Source: Tubiluchus corallicola (taxonomy: Eukaryota; Animalia; Priapulida). From it: a DNA stretch of 64,000 nt. The stretch lies in assembly GCA_030141605.1 (NCBI GenBank), contig JAQGDQ010000033.1:675214-739213 (forward strand), in the 5' to 3' direction. A model generated the notes under the pieces. That model saw only the letters and a list, made by a program, of their open reading frames with translations. It did not search any database and was not told the DNA's origin. This document shows, one piece after another, positions 1-12,000 of the stretch. A program made the position numbers and the translations under genes. The first letter of the stretch is position 1. Each line of letters begins with the position of its first letter.

Positions 1-8
1 TTTGAAAC

Positions 9-9
9 T

Positions 10-47
<38 letters not shown>

Positions 48-66
48 GGGAGAGAGAGAAAGAGAG

Positions 67-135
<69 letters not shown>
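9..135. repeat. (GA)n microsatellite in a TMEM59 intron
   Basis: Near-perfect GA dinucleotide run; explains the spurious poly-ER ORF 2..187. Confidence 0.97.
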
Positions 136-138
<3 letters not shown>

Positions 139-172
139 TTTCTTAATTTTTTGCACTGAATTATACATATAC

Positions 173-2359
173 CTCCTGCTGGTGTAATGTTGCAATTGGA
201 AGCTGGCTACTGCAGCCTAGCTTACAAGCAAACCTTTCTTCTTCGCCTGTGTACGATTCTTCGCATGCTGTAATAGAGACAACAACATAATTAACTTTGT
301 AAAAGAATTCTATACATAAACAAGGAAATAATATAAAAAAGTAAATGAAAATGAATGCTTCAGTTACAGTTAGTGGCAGAAAATAAGATGATAAACTGAT
401 ATATTTCTAATGAACTGGCCTATCACTTAGAAGAGCATATTTTTAGGAATGACAGGCTAATTATCAGTTTAACATCTAACCGAAAATGTGGAAAATTATG
501 CGACGCTTTGAATTATTCCGCCATCAACAAATTTTTTATTATTAGTAAAAGTTAACCTATGAGCAGGCCTACGTAAGCTTAAGCAATTAAACTTGCTAGT
601 CACAAACGTATTCTAAATTTCAACCTAGGATAAGAGTATGGACTATCAAAATAATGCCACATGGCCACAAATCGACCAGTAGTATATCTGAACTTGTGGC
701 TGCTGATCTAAGCTTCAAAACAATATTGAAAACTCTTAATTTATAAAATTACGTAAATGTAAAGCATGACAATTAAACATGTTATAACTTATACTTTCTG
801 AACTTTTGTTTAAATATGACACAAAAAAGATCCAATCTGATCCTAGGCATTTTTTCCCTATTTGTTGGTCATCACCATATCACCATGTTAGTAAATCAGG
901 TTTCTATGTCAAAATTTAGAAGTCTGCCAGTTATTCCATCTTTTGCACTTTTGCACTTAAGCTGCATTGTCAGTTTGATGTACAACAAACTTTATAGAAG
1001 TTTCATAGCATGAAATATATACACTGAGTAAAAAGTTACAACAGACTTTCTCATGTTTTTGTGAATATTGCAGAAGAATCATAGGCTTAATTAAAAAAAG
1101 AAATAAAGCCTAGAGCTCAAAACATGTGTCATAAGAATGACAGCTGCCCCCAGAAAATAATGTTTCTCGTTGGCAGAACTGTGCAAGAAATTTCAACAAT
1201 ACAAATATTGCTTGTATGTTAATTTGTTAAACAGATTTAAACCACGCCCTGTTCAGAATAATCTAGTTAAAGATGCTAACAATACCATCACAGAGTCTAA
1301 AAGCACTGATATCAATTTCCTTTTACATTATATTGCAATCAGTTAGATTTTTTCCAAGGTCTAGGACACTTACATCATACATGCTTTCATTTCTAGTGCT
1401 CAGTGCACAAACGTACAAGATTTAACTTAATATGGAGAAAGTTTTACATTTTGCTTACATTTTTGACATACGTCCCTTGTCTCATTTAGGGTGTTACTTG
1501 GATCACACATGAATTCTGAGATTGCAAATAGTCGACATCCTCGTTTGCAACTGACCGAGTTCTCTGTCTAAAATGTTACATAAAAATAAAGCAAATAAAG
1601 TAAACATTAATTATTCTTGCAGCATACTATAACATATGCAAGGTATCACAAAGCACTGCATCTCATCGCAACAGAGGTTCGAAATTTTGGCTCACGTAAG
1701 CATTTTCAAGTATTTGTTCCTGTGACCGAAATCTTTTATTTCATGACTAAAATCAAAAGCGTTCTCGTTCTATCGAAGAATGACATATGTTAAAGATAAA
1801 AGCATTGGGTCAACTATGTGGACTCACAATGCATCAATGTGCAAGCTTTTTAAGTAGCAGGTCCTGTGACCCTGAAGTTTGGCCCTGGAACACCAAAATC
1901 GATAGGGTTCTTCGCCTGCAAATATATATGAAAACTTTTTTGGGTGTTATTATTTAGGCTTAAAATGCAACCTTTTCAGGTACTGGGCTCTATACCCCTT
2001 ACATTTGATCTTTCCCTATTGATAGGTGATCTACATGTAAAAGGCAAGTACAGCCAAACTGACGCACCTCTTGACTTCAGCGGGAAGTAACGAAATGAAA
2101 GTGTTAGAGACCTGATTTACGAGCAAGTTTAAAAATCTTAATCAGTTAAATAAATGAGGTCTCAGCGGCGCATTTCTTAATTTTGTTACTAATTTGTAAT
2201 TCTAACCTTTGGATAAGTGTGCAGCGGATAAGTTTTATCACAAACAGCTTTACAAGATTCTGTGTCGTCTAAAACACCATCAAAAACACTTGCATGAACC
2301 ACTGCTAAAACCGAAATATAGAAAAATAGCAACATAATTCCGTGAGGAAAGGTCGCCAT
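173..2359 (-). CDS. TMEM59: Transmembrane protein 59 (TMEM59/TMEM59L family), first three coding exons; gene continues off the left edge
   Basis: Exons 2359-2207, 1567-1459, 267-173, all GT-AG and phase-consistent. Translation: MATFPHGIMLLFFYISVLAVVHASVFDGVLDDTESCKAVCDKTYPLHTYPK / TENSVSCKRGCRLFAISEFMCDPSNTLNETRDVCQKS / CEESYTGEEERFACKLGCSSQLPIATLHQQE. Signal peptide plus the TMEM59 motifs FDxVLxDTxSC..C..TYPLHTYP, CxRGCRLF and ACxLGC..QLP. Confidence 0.9.
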
Positions 2360-2382
2360 TCTGTACTACTTTATTTGTTTGC

Positions 2383-2392
2383 GTCACGTGAT
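2383..2392. promoter_or_regulatory. CLEAR-like E-box (GTCACGTGAT) just upstream of the TMEM59 ATG
   Basis: 9/10 match to the TFEB/MITF CLEAR consensus GTCACGTGAC, 24 bp upstream of the start codon; function is inferred. Confidence 0.5.
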
Positions 2393-2599
2393 CACATTTG
2401 TATTTTATTCACGATGAATTTATTTGCCAAGCCATTGCCTGCGTCTATAACAATAATCGTTAACACCTATGTCGTTTATGAGGAAACATACAATGATTAC
2501 ATTCTCTGACCACGTTCACGTAACCGTGGATAGACAATACTTCACCCGTTACTAAAACAAGTTTCTAAATCCAGTTCTCAAATAACAGTAATACAGCCA

Positions 2600-5500
2600 T
2601 AACTTCGTCATCATAAGTTTTTTTATAAAGAATATAGTTGTTTTCTGTATAGCAGAGAGCCAGAATGATAGTTTGAACAAAATAAATGAAAGTGACACTC
2701 AAGCCTTTAAGAATCTGCGAACTGGAACTATATAGGAATTAAAGCGTGATGGCTGAAAATGTTAGAAGACTGGGCAAGCAGTCAGAAGACAGTATTCGGG
2801 TAAGGGTAACAATTGAAGATGATACAGTGAGAGACAGAATATTAAAACTGCAAAAACTTTAAAAGAGGCAAAAAACGAGGAAATGCAAAATGTAAGCATA
2901 CGTCTGGACTTCAATTCAAAGAGAGGTGAACAGAAAATTGAGAGAAGAACTGCAATTAAAGACAGCAGAAGCGGAAGAAGCAGGGAAGGCTGCAACATAC
3001 ATAGGTAATAATATGGGGAAAAGTTACAGAATTAAGTGAACCTCCCATAAGTCAACTATAGATTTAATGCTGGTAAATCTGTGAAATTTATAATGGAACT
3101 ATAACTGCACAAGCGCTGTTAATGAAAAACTTGTGAAAATGCAAAAATTATTGTGTGTGCAAAAAAATGCAAAACTATCAAGCAAAGAAGTTGAGCAGCA
3201 GAAAGTTTTGGAATCACCAGTATGTGTAAAAATGCTGACTGTTTGAGTGTCTCAGCATTATACTCAGATTAAAAACTAGCCAGCTGGAACCACACGTTGT
3301 AGCTGTATCAGAAGCAAAATCTAAAAACCCAAATGTGCATTTAACATTGGAAGAATTTGCCATTGAAAAATGTGCTTGTTTCCATGTGAATATGATCTCT
3401 AAAAATGGCAGAGGTGTATTAATTTATGTACATTCGTCACTTTGTTGTTCCCGAGTTGACCTTGCAGAAGATTTTACTGAATCACTGTGGGCGTCTATTC
3501 CTCTGAATATTAGTACTAATGCCAAAATTCTGTATTGGTGCATCTATAGAAGCAATAAGTGGCACCATGGTTAACAATTGTAATCTAAGGAGCCTGATAT
3601 TAAATAGCATGACTGAGAAAATCAGTCGCTTGTTAATTGTTGGTGATTTCAACTATCCGAAAATTTATTGGCAGAAAAAGATAGCTCCTAACAATGCAAA
3701 TTTTCAGTGAACATTCCTTGTTATATGTTTCAATTTTGTATGTCAGATACCAATGAGCTCGAATGTTCAAGTATTTTGTAGTTACAAAAGAATTGATTTT
3801 AATGTTGTTCGAGATGCTGTAAAAATTTTCACATGGCACTTTGTTGACGACGACGTAAATAAAGCATGGGAATGCTTTGAAACTGAAATAGGCAAAATTA
3901 AGGAAGAACTTGTAAATAAATCAAAGGGTGAACAGTAATAAAACACCATTGGAAGAGAGCTGCTGCAAATGAAGAGCAGACTATGGAAGTATTGCAGGAT
4001 GCATACTGAGAACATTAGAAAGGAATATATATATACCGAGCTAGGAATCAAGTAACTAAAGGAATAAGGAGCCAGAGGGCCCAGTTTGAAAAAAAAATGC
4101 ACATGATGTCAAAACAAATCCTAACACAGTTTGGAAGTGTATATTAAATCTAAGTACAAAACAAAAGAAGGAATTGATGACCTTCGTAGAGTGCCAAACG
4201 ATAGTGTGAAGCAGAAACCTGTCTAATTGCTCTGCAAGTGTGTTTGTGTTACAGGTCTCTAGCTTTGGATACCAAATTTTGAAAAAAGGAGGCCAGTTAA
4301 TGATATGCATCAGTTAGAAATTAAGGAGGATTTTGGTAGAAGCACAGTTGAAAAAGCTAAATGTCAGAAGAGCCATATGGCATGCACCCATGGTTGTCAA
4401 GAGAATTTGCAGATGAAATTAAAGCACCCCTAACTAGGGATTTTAACCAATCGCTTGTTGCAGGATTTTTACCACAAAAATAGAAAGATACCACAATATC
4501 TGCAATATATAAAAAGTATAACAGAAAAAAACTATCTTTCTGTATCTCTAACAAGTGTTGTTTGATTGGTCCTGGAGAGTTCCTAAGGGACCACATTTTG
4601 GAGTATCTGCTGACAAACAATTTTATTAACAATAAGCAATACGGGTTTTTGCTAGGACAATCAAACAGCCTATAGCTCTTACAAATAATGGCAACATGGA
4701 CTGAAGCACTGGATTGTGGAGAAAACGTGTATATTTATGTTGAGTTTATAGACTTTGAAAAACCATTTGGTAGAGTGCCCCATAAAATGCAGTTGTGTAA
4801 GTTGAGAGCACATGGGATTGAGGAAGGTATAATTATGTGGAGAGCTGATTTTTGCGCAATAGGAAGCAAAAAGTTGCAGTGTAGGGATGTTGCTCAAACT
4901 GGTGAAATGTGGATAGAGGAATTCCACAGGGCAATTTCCTGGGTCCAACATAATTTCACATCTACATCAATGATCTTCCAGAAGAAGTAGTTTCTGAGAT
5001 CTTTCTGTTTGTGCCAGATACAAAACTGTTCAATGTAATTGCTTCACAGCAACATAGGGAAAACATTCAAGAAAATCTCCGTAGTATGAGTATATGGAGT
5101 GGAGATTGGCTGCTAGCTTTCCACCCTGGTAAATGTAATGCGATGATTGACTACAATGCCTAGAAAAGATAATAATCAAACTTCTGATTACATGCTAGTT
5201 AGAGATGAAATTAGTTACTGGATACCCTGGGTTGAATCAGAGAAAGATGTTAGAGTTACTTTTGATAGATTGCTTACATTTGGACATCATATTCAGGAAA
5301 AGATAAACAATTCTAACAAGATGGTAGGGGTAATAACTAGTTCTTTTACCACTTTGACCCATAGTATCTGTCTGTACAAAGTCCTTGTAAGGCCCTATCA
5401 ATAGTTTTCATGCTCAGTGTGACACCTATCAATGGTCAAATATATAGATCAGCTGGAAGATGTACAAAGATGTACAACAAGAAAAAGCTAATGATTTGAG

Positions 5501-5940
5501 AGAATTATCACATAGTGACCGGTTAATGTTCCTAATTGCCAACACTAGCTTACAGGAGACTGAGAGGTGACACAATAGAGGCTTATAAGATCGTAACGAA
5601 TATATAATCCCACAGTTACAATTGAGATTGCACGACGCCAGATTGATCACCACAGGCCATTTACTAAAGTTATAACAGTTAAGATCTAATATGTGTATAG
5701 GATTGAATCATTTTTTGCACAGAATTGTAGATGCATGGAATTGTTTACCCAATTACCCAATGATGTCGTATGCACACCAAGTTTAGATGTATTTTAAGGT
5801 TGGACAAGTACTGGGCTGGGAAAGAGATGGTCCACAATCACAAGCCTCCTTCAAGGATACCAATGTATATGTATATATATATATATACACGATCAGGTCC
5901 AGGGCGTCCACTTCGTGCGTAAAACGCGAATTTATAATAT
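2600..5940 (+). mobile_element. Decayed, near full-length non-LTR retrotransposon (CR1/L2-group LINE; APE endonuclease + RT)
   Basis: Collinear frameshifted fragments: GRGVLIYV, ESLWASI, LIVGDFNYPKIYW (APE domain); PYGMHPWLSREFADEIKAPL, WTEALDCG..FIDFEKPFGRVPHK, ESEKDVRVTFDRLLTFGHHI, LYKVLVRP, RIVDAWNCLP (RT and C-terminus). Boundaries approximate. Confidence 0.88.
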
Positions 5941-6083
5941 ACCTGTCGACAATTTATATTTTCAAATTTCAACCTCGTTTTTTTTATAATGCAAAGCGCG
6001 GGAGTTAGCTAACCATTAAGTTAAGGATTATTGAATAGTTGAGTAACCACAAAGATTGTGCAGCATATGCAAAGTAATTTACG

Positions 6084-9000
6084 ATGGGGGTAAGAGATTA
6101 GTACAGATTTCTGTAATTTAAATTAATTCAGTTCGTCGTAACGCTAACATCGAGTAAACTCTCCTTAGAGTAATATTGACACAAGATCTTCATCTCGTAA
6201 CTCTCAGTTTCACTCTGTTTCTCAGTTATCGCTTTTAACGCCACGTTACGTAATTAGTCTATAAATCGGCTCATGCCTTTGTGCTGATGTGAGCTCACCT
6301 CCAGACTTCCAGACCAGCAGCTATTAACAATCGTTTGCCTCCCGAAACAGTGGAATGTGGATTTGCGATGTCCAAACAACCATTAAATCGAACTGATCAC
6401 CACTGTGTCGAACTACTTTAACCTCACTAGTTCTGCCATATCTAACGTTAATGTCTTCACAGAACAACCTTTATCATACCAAACTGTCGCCATCATATCA
6501 AAAGCAACAACGTGTCCTCCAAAAACCGGTCACGTATACCTGTCTACATTCAATGAAACCACTTCCTGTATCACTATAAAATTATAAAGGAGTGGGTAGA
6601 CCAGGCCCGTTAGAAAGTCGGAAAGGTACAGAAATATCAACCGCATATTTATATCAAAACATTTATACCTTGACAGCCACAAATATCTATTTAACAATGG
6701 AGTGTGAAAGCGACTTTACATATGAGGACTACTTAATTATGCATTAATCTATGCATACAGTGATTTGCTAGCAGAATCTTGCTTAGGAAGAAGGAAAAAG
6801 AACTAGGCAAGGTTCTAGCTAGCTGTTTTGCAAATTAATTTGTTTGTTATAATTGATAATCTATTTTGCGTTAACAGAGAAAATCGTCAAACAAGGGCAA
6901 AGAAAAACGACAAAAGAGGAAGGAGGTAAACATTTAATTTTGTGCTCTATGCTCGTGTAGTAGTTTATGTAAGTATACAATAGACTTAGATTCGTCACTT
7001 AATCACACATATCACATTTAGAAATAATACCTAGACTTCCATTTCCAGCTAATAAGAGTCTTTTTATAAAGTTACTTTTTAAACATTGGCTGACGGCCTC
7101 TATTCTGCTCACTGTTAAAAGTTCGGGTTAAAAAAATGAATTAGTAGATTGCAGAAGATAGCCATTGATCAGTTAAATATAATAGTTGTATGAGACTGTT
7201 AATTATAGCTGCATGTGTTCATTGTAATCAGATGGCTGGCACAATTTTCTTATGGTTTTGGGGAGCAATTTTTCATATGTAGTCCATTTGTATAATATAC
7301 ATCTATTTCAGGCATCTGCAAAAGTTGCTGCCTCGCAGGCACTGGTCGTAGCAGCAAACAAGGTACAGGTGCACAGCTTCCTTTTAAGTTTTGTTGTACT
7401 CTAAATATTGACTTAGAAATTGTTAGACCAGTAAAATTAACTGTACCAGTTTAAACTTTTTTCTGGTGATAATCTTGTAGCCTTTCCAAAATTCTTTTGC
7501 GATTTTCTGACAACAATAAATTTATCGTTTTTTTATACAGCTGCTGGATCCTTTTGAAAAACTGCAACTTGGAGCTTTCACAACATATGACAGGAATGGG
7601 TTTGTTGGATTATAAAATTCTTAAATATAGTCCTATAGGCATAGAACAGCTTTATTACAAATTTTAGATTAATTTGGCAAGGGAAATGCTAAGGTCTTAC
7701 TGTGTGTGTGCTTGGTCATGAAAATTAAGCAGAGCTAAGCCTCGTTAGTTAATGAATGGGTAAAAGCTATCCTTGGGCTTTATGTCAGACTATTTAGCCC
7801 CAGAACTACTGTTCTTGTGGGAGGACGTATACACTACAAATCCATTCAACAGTGGTAGTATTGTGCTGGATTTTAGCTCGCCAAACTGTATGAAAAATTG
7901 CTATGTATAGTAAATTTGTCCATAAGTCATTAATCACCAAGTCTCAAAAAATGTCATGATATAGGGTTATTGTTATTTTTATTTGAATTATTGTTATTAC
8001 AAGTCTTTCAGCCTTTTATCAGTACTATAGTCGTAATCATTTAACAAAGCGTTAGTTCAGTGAATTGGAATATACATGTTTACAGTATTGTACACAGTAC
8101 CTCTAATTGCAGGTGAAATGGTTAAACACTTACTGGTGCGTATTTATTTTTAGTTTGGCCAAAGTTTAATAGATTGACACGGTGCATGATTATTTAAGCA
8201 GTGATGGTCCGAGTGGTAAACAGCATTTGGCATTTATATTCATTTCTGGCACGGATCAGGTTTTTTACTGTACAGTAGCAATACTGTGCCAAACGACTTT
8301 AACAATCGCATACACACGTACGGTTAATTTATTAATCTGCAGTAGTGAAAAGGGGTTCATTGGCAGACAGGTAAAAGGTTACATGTATTTACAAATTTGA
8401 TGCAATGAAGTTAATAACACTCAGCACCAAGCACTAACTAGCAGATGACCGTGATACTTGAATGCATAAGCTGCTTGCATAAATGAACCGTTAAAGACTT
8501 TACATAAATTGCATTCCGATTAATACCTAGTATAATTGCCTCACTAGAATATGTCAAAATTGGGAAGTTAGTATAACGTTTTAGGCTTTCACGCATTGAA
8601 ATTGCTGAGAATCGAGTTAATTACTGGTCTGTGAATGGTAAACAAGTTTATTGTATTTCAGTTCCATAATTTCAATGATTAAGTTTCATATCACTAATCA
8701 TCTTAGAGAATTTAGTATACTAATATTGTTAGCCAAGCATATTGCCTAGCCATTTGAGAATGTTATTTTCTTAAAATTTATGTATTAGACTGTTAAATGT
8801 GTGTGTTGTAGTACTTAACCACAGTCAGTATCTGTTAACTATAAGCAGCATTACCATTACTGCTGAAATTGGTGAAGCCATTACATAGTAATAGTAAATC
8901 ACTACATGTTCAGCAATACTCTACCTAGACTCCCAATTAAGTGGTTGGTTATGCCTGATAAATTCTTGCGTTCTTCTTCATTACCGGCCGATTACAGATA

Positions 9001-12000
9001 TTTGCGAAAACAGTCATACCAGCCAATCTTAGTGATTAAGTTTTCTGATTAAAATCGATTATTTCAGCCTTCCTGTTCAATGAAGTTTTCTGTTTGGATA
9101 GGTTAAATTTAACCATTGAATGTAAGAGAGTTAACGAGCTAGATGCAGGCACGGTGGATAGTTGCTTAAAACTAACAAAAGCTAATATGCAGGATATGTG
9201 AGTATTTATTTATTTATTGAAATAGTTTATTATAATATTTGGTCTACATCCATTTTACCACATTTAGATTCTATATATGTAGAAGAAGTTTTTGGGTTTT
9301 TTTCCCATTTGTACTAAGAGAATAATACGTATGTATATGTATTATGTATATTGTAAGCTATGAATCGCATGGCATTTATTGAATTAAGATGTGAAATTAG
9401 TGTTACTGGCTGCCTTATACCTAACACTTTGATGACACTGTCAGAGAGAATACTAAAGATTCCTGTGAGTTTAGTTTGTGTCTTTTCTGTTAAAATGGTA
9501 TTTGGCTTAAATTTAACATTTGCTTGTGAAGTAGTTGGTGGATGTATTCACATATTTGCTTTATACAGCATTGTGAACTAGACCGTCATCATCCCATCAG
9601 GTGTGGTGAAAACTTCACCTGGTTTAGTAACAAATCTTCCAGTCTTGAAACGTACCAAATACATGCATCACAGATTCAGTGCAAAGTGAATGTAGTATCA
9701 GCCAATGTTGCTTGTCTATGATTAATCTGGTTGATTCAGATTTAAAACTATGCAAAATTTAACTTGTTTTTCGAGAGTAACTGTAACATTTTAGGAAAGA
9801 AAAACAAAACATGGTAGTTAATTAATCCATTACAACACCAGTTTTAAAATGTTGCGCATACCGGGTTTTTGTAATAAAGGTGGTCAATCTATGTTCATTT
9901 ATTAAAGCAGAATTGTATTTCGCACTGGTGGTGGTTTGAGCAAAATAGATATGTTTGTGTTTGTGGTTGCCATTTTGTGCCTAACATTTTAAAATTTTGC
10001 ATTTTATGGGTTTTCTCTATTTCATGTTAATGTAATATTGTTTTTAAGTGAAAAAATGCATAAACACTCTCTATGATATTTTTTCAAACTACTTATTCAG
10101 TTCTTCATGAAAATCCCTGTGAGTGTGCTCCTCAAATATTTAGCTTTATTTTATCCCTGATATAAGATTGAATATATCATAAAAAATAAAATTATTAACT
10201 ACTACTGAATGTTCTTCAGCTATGAACAAACAGAAGGTTCCTGGAGTGATCGACAAAAGAAAGATGAAATGACTGATGAAGCAGCTTGGTATTTAATAGC
10301 TAGAGATGATAGTGGTAATTTAGTTGCTTGTGTACATTTCCGGTTTGACCTCGACTATGAAACAGAAGTTGTTTACTGGTACCTACTTTTTACATTTTGC
10401 ATACAATATAACTTTAGTTTAACCATTCAAGTGAAATAGTCAGATGTCACAATACGTGCTTGGTGCATCATCTGTCTGTAGATTTAATCACTGTGCACAT
10501 TTGCCTGTAGATCTGTTCACTTGTTACCATAATGTATACAATTTTATACCCATTAAAGTAGCGCTAAAGGTGTTTCTTTAGTTAAGCTCATGCCTTGGGT
10601 TTGTCTACGCCTACTTCAGTGCACTATGTGCAATAGATGAAAACGATATTAGTGACGAGGTACTGCCTTTCAACACAACGTCGCCGATATCTCATGCTGC
10701 ATTTTGATTTATTATTACAGCTTGATTAAATTTTGAGTATTTTTTGATCATTCAAAATGTTTTTTAAATGTCTCGCTGCTGAATTGTCTTGTGCCACTCA
10801 GATGTTGCTTCTGACAAAGAGTGATCATTTTTAAATTTTCAAAGGATAAAGTTATTGCAAAATACGTTCATTATTGCAGAAAAGGACTGACGATCGTTTA
10901 ACAGGTTCGAGGAAACTTATATTAAAGCCTTTCCAAATAGGATAAAGTTATAAATATAAAATTTATATGCCACAAAGATAATATTGAAAGAGAACAGTGG
11001 ATTTGTTGCTGTGATTGACGAGAAAAGAACTTGACACTGTAGCAGCATAACGGAGTTTATTCCCCGACAAAATAGGAATGTACTACATAAATTTATGCAA
11101 TAGATTGCTATTCTGTGATTTTCTGCACTTTACCTACAATGGTTTTGAGCTTGAGCTCACCGGTATATTGTCTGACAGTGTGAAGTTCGGAAGAAAAAAA
11201 CTGAACCCTACTGCTGTTTCTCTATTTCTGAGTAGTAGACACTAAAATTACAATCATTTCGTCCACTTGCAGAAATACCATGAGCTGTGCAAGTCCTAAC
11301 TAAAGTGCATTTGAGAAATTGTTAGCTCAAATAAGTTAGTACGGGTTTATCTGAAATGTTTTTGCGAATTTTACTAATGTTTACAATGGTTATACTAAAA
11401 TAATTATTATTATTGCACATTTGCTCAAAAATTGCTAAATAACTCCTAACCTAAGCTAAATATAATTTTCTTGAAATTTAGCCAGTTAATTATTACACTT
11501 AATTGTTATGCATATGTTAATCCCGAAAGTTGTGCTAACAATTTATCAGTAGATAACAGGTTTGATTTGCGGGAGTATTCGGCATACTATTATTCATATA
11601 GCCTGTTAATGGAAAGTTATGTAGGTCTCCTAGCTTCCGTACAGCTATAGTTTAAAAAGTCATTTGATTGCCTCTTTAATTGATGTATTTTAGGTCTTTA
11701 GTATCTGTGATGTAATTTGTGTAAATTTTGCAAGAAATGGTCTGATACTGTAGCATTTTTTAATGTATGGTTTAATGTATACGGGCGTGCATTGTTAAAT
11801 GCGCTAGAGATACCAGTGACGTCATGGTAAATCTAAAGCAGTATTTTTGCCTGTACAAAGTGTTTCACTACTTTTTAAATATAATATGGTTATCACCATG
11901 TCTGAACTATTTTTTGACATCTCTTAACATCCACAGCATATTTTTAGTAGCACATAATGTTTTGGTGTGACTTTATTTATGTAGTTTCCTGACCATACTC

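Noticed and set aside
2-187. Poly-ER ORF
   Set aside because: Translation of a (GA)n microsatellite inside a TMEM59 intron.
1600-2090. Possible Helentron/DINE-like repeat (TGTGACC..CCAAAATCGATAGG units) in TMEM59 intron 1
   Set aside because: Too degenerate to define ends or family by eye.
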